A stretch of 39,149 nt of DNA. Origin: Bacteroidota bacterium. GTDB lineage: Bacteria; Bacteroidota; Bacteroidia; B-17B0; Aurantibacillaceae. The translations under genes and the position numbers were made by a program. The stretch spans positions 1 through 39,149 of the forward strand of contig DAISHL010000001.1 in assembly GCA_036822555.1 (NCBI GenBank), given 5' to 3'. The notes under the pieces are model-generated. The model searched no databases. It had not been told where the DNA came from and saw only the letters and a program-made list of their open reading frames with translations. This document shows positions 20,178 to 28,406 of this stretch, piece by piece; within the stretch, counting starts at the first letter, position 1, and every line of letters begins with the position of its first letter.

Positions 20178-22070
20178 GTGTATTTTTTCTCGAAAATAAA
20201 ACCCCATTTCTTCTTTTTGATCGCCGCGGTTTTTTTGCAGTGGCAAATGAATCGCGTAACTCCGCCCTTACAGGCACCTGATGAATTCAATCATTTTTTC
20301 AGGGCCTGGCAAATTGCTGATGGGCAGTGTGCAACACTTCAGCAAGATAAGCGCCTTGGCGGGTATGTACCAGATTGTGTTCGTGAGTTTGTGCTGCCAT
20401 TTTCAAACGCTGCAACAAATTTGAAATATGTACTTACCAAGGACAATCTCGTAAGATCCTACACGATCCCTTACAGGAATCGTGATTCTGTTTTTTACGA
20501 CTATCCGAACACTGCCCTTTATTCTGCATTATCGTATGCACCCCAGGCACTCGCAATTAGTGTGTTAAAGAGGGCGGGAGCTTCCATGGCAGATATTTAT
20601 TATGGTGGGCGTTATGCCATTTTTTGTTGTTGGCTCATCGCCATGTTCTTTGTCATTCGTATGATCCCCTTTGGTAAATGGCTTGTTACTTTTCTGTTGC
20701 TGTTGCCGATGCATGTGTATATTGTGAACTCCTATAGTGCTGATGCAGTTACAGATATTTTATCTCTCTTGTTCATTGCCTACGTTTTAAAATTATCGTT
20801 TACCGGCACTGATCCATTATCTAAGAAACACCTTTTTTGGTTGAGCGTTTTGCTCATTGGTCTTTCATTTGCCAAGGTGGTTTATATTGGACTGGCCATT
20901 CTTTTATTGCTAATTCCTAAACACAAGTTCACCACAAAAAAGGAATATGTAAGGTTTCAGATTGTTTTGCTGGCAGTAACATTACTCAGCACATTCTTAT
21001 CATCAAAGGTGGTTATGATGAACTATCTGCCTTACGAACTATACAATCCGGGCCATAGAGAGAATATCATTCTCTCGAATTGTGCTAATTACGATAAACA
21101 AAAGGAATATATCCTGAGCCATGGAATGTATTTTTTAGAGGTGATCTACCGCAGCATTTTTGACCATCCGATCACGTACCTGAACGGCTACATTGGTATC
21201 TTCGGCAACAGCGATATTTTTCTGACTCGTGATCTGGTGTATCTGTCTTACGCACTTATTTTTTTAATTGCACTAACTGAATTCAACGCTGTTAATGTGT
21301 CAATTAAACAAAGATTCATACTTCTTCTATCCGGTTTTGCAGCGTTTGTATTATTGTTATTATCTCAACATCTTACGTGGGACTGTGTCGGGGAGGGCAT
21401 TGTTGATTTTGTTCAGGGCCGTTATCTGATCCCGATCCTGCCGGCCATGTTCCTCTCACTTTCAAACGCACGGGTAGGATTCAGATTCTTACCTCCATTG
21501 GTGGTCATAGTATTTGTATTCATCATTCATAACTATTCATGTAATGCCACAGAGAAAAGATTTTATGAACCCACACAATATTACAAGAATGAATTCTATT
21601 GTGGCGCAGAATCACAGAATGAGTGGGGGTATTTTAAGACCAGCCAGAAATACCTTGAGATTAATGGAAACAAGTGCCAAACGTCTGAAACAGCGCGCAC
21701 GGGTAAATACTCTGCAGAATTAAGCAAGAAGCATCAGTATTGTTATGAATATAAATTTAAAGGATTGCATTACGGAGATGTGATACATATTAGTTGCTGG
21801 CAAAAGGGCAATGGTGCGCAGATCGTTTTGACAGGTAAAGGAAAGAATTGTAAAGAGATCTACAGTCCTACGAATTTTGTGCATTACAGAGACAGCAAGG
21901 GTTGGGGATACATGCAATTCATACACACCTTCAGCAAGAAGTGTGACAGCACTGAGTTCATGGTATTTGTTTGGAATCCGGATACCACAAAGAAAGTTTT
22001 CGTTGATGATTTCCATTTTAAACTCTGGAAATACAACGATAATTACCTCGACAGTGTGTTCTTTAAATGA
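20178..22070 (+). CDS. DUF2142-like polytopic membrane protein (putative GT-C glycosyltransferase) with a C-terminal soluble beta-sandwich
   Basis: TPPLQAPDEFNH, about 10 hydrophobic segments, QGRYLIP; C-terminal ARTGKYSAEL...VFVWNP...VFVDDF. Confidence 0.7.
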   Translation: MYFFSKIKPHFFFLIAAVFLQWQMNRVTPPLQAPDEFNHFFRAWQIADGQCATLQQDKRLGGYVPDCVREFVLPFSNAATNLKYVLTKDNLVRSYTIPYRNRDSVFYDYPNTALYSALSYAPQALAISVLKRAGASMADIYYGGRYAIFCCWLIAMFFVIRMIPFGKWLVTFLLLLPMHVYIVNSYSADAVTDILSLLFIAYVLKLSFTGTDPLSKKHLFWLSVLLIGLSFAKVVYIGLAILLLLIPKHKFTTKKEYVRFQIVLLAVTLLSTFLSSKVVMMNYLPYELYNPGHRENIILSNCANYDKQKEYILSHGMYFLEVIYRSIFDHPITYLNGYIGIFGNSDIFLTRDLVYLSYALIFLIALTEFNAVNVSIKQRFILLLSGFAAFVLLLLSQHLTWDCVGEGIVDFVQGRYLIPILPAMFLSLSNARVGFRFLPPLVVIVFVFIIHNYSCNATEKRFYEPTQYYKNEFYCGAESQNEWGYFKTSQKYLEINGNKCQTSETARTGKYSAELSKKHQYCYEYKFKGLHYGDVIHISCWQKGNGAQIVLTGKGKNCKEIYSPTNFVHYRDSKGWGYMQFIHTFSKKCDSTEFMVFVWNPDTTKKVFVDDFHFKLWKYNDNYLDSVFFK

Positions 22071-22392
22071 AAGCTTCCTTTTTAAAATAATCGACAATGG
22101 CGTCGGCCATCAGTTTGTTTTGCTGCTTGGCTTCCAGATGAGGTAGTTCCTCATTCAATGTCCAGTGAGGCCATCCGTCCGCATCCCTACCTTCATAGGT
22201 ATAGAAATTATAAGGTTCAAGCAATGTGCAAATGGCTACATGCATGATCTCTAGCTTCTCATCCTTCTTGTATTTTTTAAATGGCTTGCCTAGCTCCTGA
22301 AGACCAATAACAAAAATAATGGCATCCATGTCAAGTTCGTGACCGAATCTTTCCTTGAGTTTTTCCTGAAGTATTTGCCAGTCGCTTTTCAT
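22063..22392 (-). CDS. Conserved hypothetical protein
   Basis: FVIGLQELG, KDEKLEIMHVAIC, GRDADGWPHW; ATGA-coupled to yihA. Confidence 0.8.
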   Translation of the reverse strand: MKSDWQILQEKLKERFGHELDMDAIIFVIGLQELGKPFKKYKKDEKLEIMHVAICTLLEPYNFYTYEGRDADGWPHWTLNEELPHLEAKQQNKLMADAIVDYFKKEAFI

Positions 22393-22979
22393 TTTAAGAA
22401 AGAACCAATGAAGTCAAGAACACCCTCGCGACCTAATTGCTTTTCGGAAGAAGTAATAAAAGTATTGGGAAGTTCATCAAAGATCAATAAAAGCTTTTCT
22501 TCAATGGCCTTGATGTTTTGCGCAAGTTCGCTTTTCGAATTCTTATCTGCCTTTGTATAAATGATACTGAAAGGAATTCCTTTTTCGCCGCACCACTGCA
22601 AGAACTCGGCGTCTATTTGTTGAAGCGGTAAACGGCTATCAATGAGCACAAACAAGCACACAAGGTTTTCACGTTTACTGCAGTAATCAATAATGATCCC
22701 TTCAAACGCTGCCTTTTGTACTTTAGAGGTCTTAGCATAACCGTATCCCGGAAGATCAACCAGGTACCAGTTCTCGTTGATCAAAAAATGATTGATGAGT
22801 TTGGTTTTTCCGGGTGATGCTGATGTTTTTGCGAGTTTATTATTATTGCAAAGCATGTTGATCAAGGAAGATTTACCAACATTACTTCGGCCAATGAATG
22901 CAAATTCGGGCAAAGGAGACCTTGTACATTCACTTAATTTTGAAGAACTTTTATGAAACACTGCTTTTCTAACGATCTT
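22389..22979 (-). CDS. yihA: Ribosome biogenesis GTPase YihA/YsxC/EngB; inferred start codon reads AAG here
   Basis: PEFAFIGRSNVGKSSLIN, PGKT, DLPGYGYA, TKADK. Upstream frame reads xIVRKAVFHKSS. Confidence 0.92.
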   Translation of the reverse strand, partial: KIVRKAVFHKSSSKLSECTRSPLPEFAFIGRSNVGKSSLINMLCNNNKLAKTSASPGKTKLINHFLINENWYLVDLPGYGYAKTSKVQKAAFEGIIIDYCSKRENLVCLFVLIDSRLPLQQIDAEFLQWCGEKGIPFSIIYTKADKNSKSELAQNIKAIEEKLLLIFDELPNTFITSSEKQLGREGVLDFIGSFLK

Positions 22980-23917
22980 ATCAAGCCCTTCTCCTTCAGA
23001 TAAGAATTATCGTGTCGCTCTTTTTTACTTTCGTAAATATCTTTTATTGTCACCAGGATGCCCGTTTCCTCAACCCCGCCAAAGGTAGGATTGATAGCTG
23101 TTCCAAAGGTTTTCATGGTACTGCTTAAGTTCATGTAGGCATTCACTAGAGGAGGAATGTTTTCTCCTAAAGCACGCACCAGTTTGTTCAGATGTGCATG
23201 CCCTTCCTTATAGTCTAATCCTTTCAGTTCTTCAAGGAATTTAGAAACGTCAGATTTATTGGAAAGTCCATGAATTGGAGTAACCAAATTATCCTTGTCA
23301 GGAAAATAATGCTGCATGAACGAGAGGATATAATCCCTTGCGGTCACATTAAAATCTGTATACATGGTAACCTTACCATAAAAGTATTTTTGATCGGGAT
23401 TATCTACTACAAGCGCGCCCAAGCCATCCCACAGGTTGTCAAGGCTGAACAATCCTTTTCTGAACTGTTCACTTGGCTGGTATTGAGGCTGAATAAAACT
23501 TCTGCCTAACTCAATGGTGTAAGGCAAATACTCCTGATAAAATTTAGGGTTGAATTTAAACAGTTCAGTAGTGGCAAGTTTTACTTCGCCATTGATGTAC
23601 TCGGCATTCTTACATAAGATATACCTGTAGGCGCCAACAATTTCTTTGTCTGCCGGATTCCAAACCAATAACTGTTCGTAGGGATGAGAACTTAGGTCAA
23701 AATCATCAAGATCTATTTCTTTGCCTGTACCACCGCCTGCATGCCTGAACGTAACCTCTCGGAGGCGCCCGATCTCACGCATAACGTTTGGCGAGTTCTT
23801 GTGATTGATTATATAGATCTCATTATTGCCATTGTTGGTCTTTCTAACGAATCGATCTTTATTCAACTCGTCTAACAAGGCATCTCTGCTTATTTTTTCA
23901 ATAATGTCAACCGTCAT
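22934..23917 (-). CDS. GNAT-family N-acyltransferase ('putative hemolysin', GlsB/OlsB-like amino-lipid synthase family); true stop probably at 22976-22978
   Basis: MREIGRLREVTFR, GGGTGKEIDLD, IELGRSFIQP, LDNLWDGLGA, ENIPPLVNAYM. Confidence 0.8.
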   Translation of the reverse strand: MTVDIIEKISRDALLDELNKDRFVRKTNNGNNEIYIINHKNSPNVMREIGRLREVTFRHAGGGTGKEIDLDDFDLSSHPYEQLLVWNPADKEIVGAYRYILCKNAEYINGEVKLATTELFKFNPKFYQEYLPYTIELGRSFIQPQYQPSEQFRKGLFSLDNLWDGLGALVVDNPDQKYFYGKVTMYTDFNVTARDYILSFMQHYFPDKDNLVTPIHGLSNKSDVSKFLEELKGLDYKEGHAHLNKLVRALGENIPPLVNAYMNLSSTMKTFGTAINPTFGGVEETGILVTIKDIYESKKERHDNSYLKEKGLIRSLEKQCFIKVLQN

Positions 23918-24125
23918 ACTAAGGTGTAAATATACTCAATTAATACCCCATTTTCAAATGGGCCCATACCCAAAGACCACATAATTATCACTATCCCAAT
24001 GTTTTAGAATTAGTGGTTTAACTTAATTTTGCGATGGGCGTTGATATACACGTATTCGAAAATAGTATTTTGCCTTTCATGTATTTTTTAAGCATTCGTC
24101 ATTTATCTTTTAGTAACTTCAACTC

Positions 24126-25532
24126 ATGTTAAAACACGTTGCAATTCTGTTAGTCCTTTTCGGATCATTGAACGGGCAAAACAACTGGGATCTTAAATCC
24201 TGTATTGATTATGCCGTTAAACATAACATTCAATTAAAGCAAGGTGAGATCACAACACGCATCAACAAAAATAATTTAGATCAGTCTAAGGCCTCTGTGC
24301 TTCCCACATTGAATCTGGGAGCAGCTCACACCTACAATTTTGGTAAGACAATTGACAGGTTCACCAATACCTTTGCGAACACGCAAGTGCTTTCACAGAA
24401 TTTTTTTGTAAGCAGTAATGTGGTTTTGTTCAGTGGATTAAGTCAGTATAACAACATCAAGGCAAATGAGTTCGCCTATATGAGCAGTGCTGAAACACTG
24501 AAGCAACAGCAGAATGATCTTACGTTGAATCTTGTGAATTTTTATTTGAATGTGATTTTTACGGAAGAACTGCTTGGCATTGCACAAAACCAATTCAAGA
24601 TCACACAGGAGCAGCTCGACAGAACCAAAAAGCTGGTGGATGCAGGAAGTGCTGCCAAAAGCGTTCAGTACGATCTTGAGGCACAGCTTGCCAACGAACA
24701 AGTGAATGTAACCAACGCTGACAACAATTATCAGTTGGCCATTTTGAACTTAAAGCAACTCATGAATCTCGACAGCTTAAATTCTTTTTCCATTGTTAAG
24801 CCTCAGATAGAAGTGGATGCGCAACCCATCCTTAACACCTCCGTTCAATCGATTTACGAGATCGCTTTAAAGAACCAACCCAATGTGAAGGCAAGCGAAT
24901 ATAATTTATTGAGTTCTGAGAAATCGTTGGCTTCCGCAAGAGGAAGACGAAGTCCAACCTTGAGTATGACAGGGTCTATGGGAACCGGAACCTCAGGATT
25001 GGCAAAGAACATCAAAGATGTGAGAATTGTTGGTTTTGATACCACGGCTATTACCACGGGAGGAGACTATGTTTTATCACCACAAACTGAATTGGTCACA
25101 GAAACCAAACCTTTTGCCGATCAGTTCAAAGACAATGTGAATAAGAGCTTTGGGTTCACCATTTCGGTTCCGCTATTCAACGGACTGCAAACACACACCG
25201 GAGTAAAAAATGCAAAGCTTAGCTTGTTGAATGCTAAACTCAACGAGGACCTCACAAAACAAAATCTTTACAAGACCATTGCGCAGGCTTATACAAGCGC
25301 TCAGGCGGCACTAAGCAGATACCTTGCGAACAAAAAAAGTGTGGAAGCGTCTCAGGAATCGTTCCGGTTTGCAGATCAAAAATTCAATGTAGGTGCTATC
25401 AGTGCCTTTGATTATAACACTGCAAAGAACAGATTAATGAATGCTCAAAGCAATCTGTTGCAAAGCAAATATGAATACGTGATGAGATTGAAGGTGTTGG
25501 ATTTTTACCAAGGCAAGGATCTGTCGCTATAA
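24126..25532 (+). CDS. TolC-family outer membrane efflux protein
   Basis: Signal peptide, WDLKSCIDYA, two OEP repeats (LPTLNL, VPLFNG), KVLDFYQG. TAATTTTG -7 element at 24024-24031. Confidence 0.9.
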   Translation: MLKHVAILLVLFGSLNGQNNWDLKSCIDYAVKHNIQLKQGEITTRINKNNLDQSKASVLPTLNLGAAHTYNFGKTIDRFTNTFANTQVLSQNFFVSSNVVLFSGLSQYNNIKANEFAYMSSAETLKQQQNDLTLNLVNFYLNVIFTEELLGIAQNQFKITQEQLDRTKKLVDAGSAAKSVQYDLEAQLANEQVNVTNADNNYQLAILNLKQLMNLDSLNSFSIVKPQIEVDAQPILNTSVQSIYEIALKNQPNVKASEYNLLSSEKSLASARGRRSPTLSMTGSMGTGTSGLAKNIKDVRIVGFDTTAITTGGDYVLSPQTELVTETKPFADQFKDNVNKSFGFTISVPLFNGLQTHTGVKNAKLSLLNAKLNEDLTKQNLYKTIAQAYTSAQAALSRYLANKKSVEASQESFRFADQKFNVGAISAFDYNTAKNRLMNAQSNLLQSKYEYVMRLKVLDFYQGKDLSL

Positions 25533-26546
25533 TTAGCCAAGAACGATATCTTTCAGGGCTTTTACCCAAACATCTGAACTGTTAAGGCTAGGCACAAGTG
25601 TAACTTTTTCACCTCCGTGTTCTTCGAATATTTCCTGGTATTCAGTTCCGATCTCATGAATGGTCTCCAAACAATCAGCTACAAACGCAGGAGAGAACAC
25701 CAATAATTTTTTTACGCCTTTCTCCGCCAATTCTGCTACCACTTTATCACTGTATGGTTTAAGCCATTTATTGTCTAAGCGGCTTTGAAAGGCTGAGGTA
25801 TATCTGCCTTCGGGAATATTCAGTGCTTTTACAAGTTGACGGGTTGTTTCCATGGAGTTAGCCCTGTAACAAAACCTGTTGTTAGGCGTGATCTTATTGC
25901 AGCACTCACCCATCTGACATGTGTTATTACCATAGTGTACCGAGCCCTTTAGGATCTGTCGTTCAGGCAACCCATGATAGCTGAAAAGGATGTGATCGTA
26001 TGCGTTTACATCAAAATTCTTCGCTTCATTCACAAGAGCCTCCACAAATTTCGGATGATCGTAAAATTTGGAAATAACATTAAGGCTAGGGATCACTTCC
26101 CAGCCCTTGATCAATCTTAGTACTTCTTCTAAGGTACTGCCGGTACTTGATGAAGCGTACTGAGGATAAAGCGGAATGATGTGAATTTTTTCAGGCCTTA
26201 ATTTTCTGATATTTTCAAGTGCAGAAGCAATGCTGGGGCGCTGATAACGCATGGCCAGTTCAACATGAATATTCTCCGGCACAATTTGCTGAAGTTTCTT
26301 TTGAAGATCAATGCTATGGAGTAATAATGGGGAGCCTTCTTTGGTCCAGATGGCCTTATACAATTTGCTGGATCGAAAACTCCTGAAAGGCACGATGATC
26401 ATATTCACCAGAATAAATCTGCCGATCGCGTTGATGTCGATCACGCGTTTATCATTGAGGAATTGTGTGAGGTATTTACCAACCTTTCCTGGTTCAGGCG
26501 AATCTGGAGTTCCAAGATTAATGAGCAGAATGGCTTCCTTTGACAT
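25533..26546 (-). CDS. hemH: Ferrochelatase
   Basis: ILLINLGTPDSP, LAMRY, PLYPQYASSST, FSYHGLP, FQSR, FVADCLETIHEI. Confidence 0.95.
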   Translation of the reverse strand: MSKEAILLINLGTPDSPEPGKVGKYLTQFLNDKRVIDINAIGRFILVNMIIVPFRSFRSSKLYKAIWTKEGSPLLLHSIDLQKKLQQIVPENIHVELAMRYQRPSIASALENIRKLRPEKIHIIPLYPQYASSSTGSTLEEVLRLIKGWEVIPSLNVISKFYDHPKFVEALVNEAKNFDVNAYDHILFSYHGLPERQILKGSVHYGNNTCQMGECCNKITPNNRFCYRANSMETTRQLVKALNIPEGRYTSAFQSRLDNKWLKPYSDKVVAELAEKGVKKLLVFSPAFVADCLETIHEIGTEYQEIFEEHGGEKVTLVPSLNSSDVWVKALKDIVLG

Positions 26547-26559
26547 GGTTGATTAACAC

Positions 26560-27234
26560 TTAAAGAGTTGTTTTGTTTTCGCTTTCAGAAGCGCTACCAG
26601 AAGCTTCTGCCATGGCTGCATTCTCCGTTTCTTTTTTCTGGAATTTTTTCTGGAACACCAACAAAAGACCTACGCCTACTGAAATTGCGGCATCTGCAAA
26701 ATTAAATATCGGTCTGAAGAATTGAAATTCTTCTCCGCCCCAAATTGGCATCCAGCTTGGAAAATGACCATTGTAGATCGGGAAGTAGAACATATCAACC
26801 ACATGTCCGTATAGTACGCCTGCATATCCATTTCCGGGGGCTACAAGTTTTGAGACATTGAACTCATCACTTTCAGTGAAGATGCTCCCGTAAAATACAC
26901 TGTCAAAAATATTACCCATGGCCCCTGCGAGGATCAGTGATACACAGAACACGAACAGTGGATGTTCTTTATGTGTTACAATGTGTTTGATATAGAACAA
27001 GCCTGCAATGCTGGCAATGATGCGGAACAAGCTTAGGATGAGTTTTCCGTAATTGCCACCGAATTCCATACCAAATGCCATGCCCGGATTTTCTGTAAAG
27101 TGGATGATACACCAGTTGCCCAATCGGCCAACCTCGCCGAGAGGATAATTCATCTTGATATAAATTTTGATGAACTGGTCGACAAACAGCACCAGTAGAA
27201 TGGTTATGATGGGTATTCGGTAGCGTTGGAACAT
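26560..27234 (-). CDS. lspA: Lipoprotein signal peptidase II
   Basis: DQFIK, ENPGMAFG, GAMGNIFD, VVDMF, IFNFADAAI. Confidence 0.95.
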   Translation of the reverse strand: MFQRYRIPIITILLVLFVDQFIKIYIKMNYPLGEVGRLGNWCIIHFTENPGMAFGMEFGGNYGKLILSLFRIIASIAGLFYIKHIVTHKEHPLFVFCVSLILAGAMGNIFDSVFYGSIFTESDEFNVSKLVAPGNGYAGVLYGHVVDMFYFPIYNGHFPSWMPIWGGEEFQFFRPIFNFADAAISVGVGLLLVFQKKFQKKETENAAMAEASGSASESENKTTL

Positions 27235-27240
27235 AAATAA

Positions 27241-27276
27241 AAAAGGTTATTTATTGCAGTGCAAAAATAACCTTTT
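27241..27276 (-). terminator. Intrinsic terminator after the dksA-like gene, containing a TATTTTTG -7 element
   Basis: AAAAGGTTATTT(A)TTGCA-g-TGCAA-AAATAACCTTTT hairpin. Confidence 0.7.
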
Positions 27277-27292
27277 AGTATGGTTGTATGAA

Positions 27293-28390
27293 TTAATTGT
27301 TTTGGTTTAACTTGGCATCAATGCTTAATGTAGCATGAGGCACGCTGCGTAAGCGCTCTTTTGGAATTAGTTTTCCGGTTACGCGACAAATTCCGTAGCT
27401 CTTATTCTCAATACGCACCAGGGCATTCTTAAGATTGATGATGTATTTTTCCTGACGAGAAGCTAACTGTGCTGTTTCTTCTTTGCTCATCACATCACTT
27501 CCATCTTCCAGTAACTTAAATGTTGGCGACGTGTCATCGGTGCCATGGTTATCCTCATTACTTAAAGTTTGCTTCAGTAGATCGTAATCTGCCTGAGCTT
27601 CCTTTAATTTCTCAAGGATCAATTCTTTGAACTCAGCCAATTCTTTATCAGAATAGCGGGTGCGGTTATCTTTTGTATTTACAAATGGCTTTGGAGATTT
27701 TTCAGCTTGTTTTTTGATCAATGGTTTAGAAAGATCTACCTGTAACGGTCTGTTTCTGATATAGGCCTCCATGCTGCTTCCGCTTGATTTGCCTTCATTC
27801 TTCTTACGGCGTCCGCGTCCACGTTTGATAGGTTCTTCATCATCGTCATCATCAATATCCGGAACATCACTTCCTTCAAGGTCTACCAATCCTGCTTCAT
27901 CAAGTTCGCCTACCAGCACATCATCATCTTCTGCCTTTTCATAGTCATCCTTAACATCCACATCTTCATCTTCTTCTTCCTCTTCCGGAAGATCCTCATC
28001 CTCTTCATCGTCGCCACCCTTCTTTCCTTTTTTAGAAGATTTTTTTGATTTTGGCTCTGGTTTACCTTTCTTTTTGATCGCATCTATTGGCTTTCCTGCC
28101 GGCTTTTTAGCGGCAGCAACCACCTTTTTCTCTGCTTTTTTCTCTGCCTTCTTAGCAACAGGCTTTGCAGCTTTTTTCTCAATTTTCTTTGGAGCCGGTT
28201 TGGCCGGTTTAGCAGCTTTCTTCTCCACTTTCTTTGGAGCTGGCTTAGCCGGTTTCTTCGCAGCCTTCTTTTCTACTTTTTTGGCAGCAGGCTTTGCAGC
28301 TTTTTTGTCGTTCTTTTTAGCAACAGGTTTGGCAGCCTTTTTAGGAGCCGGTTTTGTTGCTTTCCCTTTCTTGTTATCTTTTTTTGCCAT
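27293..28390 (-). CDS. TraR/DksA-family transcription factor with a long basic/acidic N-terminal extension
   Basis: C-terminal RYSDKELAEFK...DDTSPTFK...ALVRIENKSYGICRVTGKLIPKERL..VPHATLS; conserved ileS-dksA-lspA order. Confidence 0.88.
   Translation of the reverse strand: MAKKDNKKGKATKPAPKKAAKPVAKKNDKKAAKPAAKKVEKKAAKKPAKPAPKKVEKKAAKPAKPAPKKIEKKAAKPVAKKAEKKAEKKVVAAAKKPAGKPIDAIKKKGKPEPKSKKSSKKGKKGGDDEEDEDLPEEEEEDEDVDVKDDYEKAEDDDVLVGELDEAGLVDLEGSDVPDIDDDDDEEPIKRGRGRRKKNEGKSSGSSMEAYIRNRPLQVDLSKPLIKKQAEKSPKPFVNTKDNRTRYSDKELAEFKELILEKLKEAQADYDLLKQTLSNEDNHGTDDTSPTFKLLEDGSDVMSKEETAQLASRQEKYIINLKNALVRIENKSYGICRVTGKLIPKERLRSVPHATLSIDAKLNQNN
28016..28390 (-). repeat. Degenerate coding repeats (KPAKPAPKKVEKKAA-like)
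   Basis: Lys/Ala/Pro low-complexity repeats in codons 1-125. Confidence 0.8.
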
Positions 28391-28406
28391 ATGCTTAAAT
28401 AGCTGT

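Noticed and set aside
24034..24132. 32-codon upstream ORF overlapping the tolC start
   Set aside because: No recognisable features; expected by chance in AT-rich DNA.
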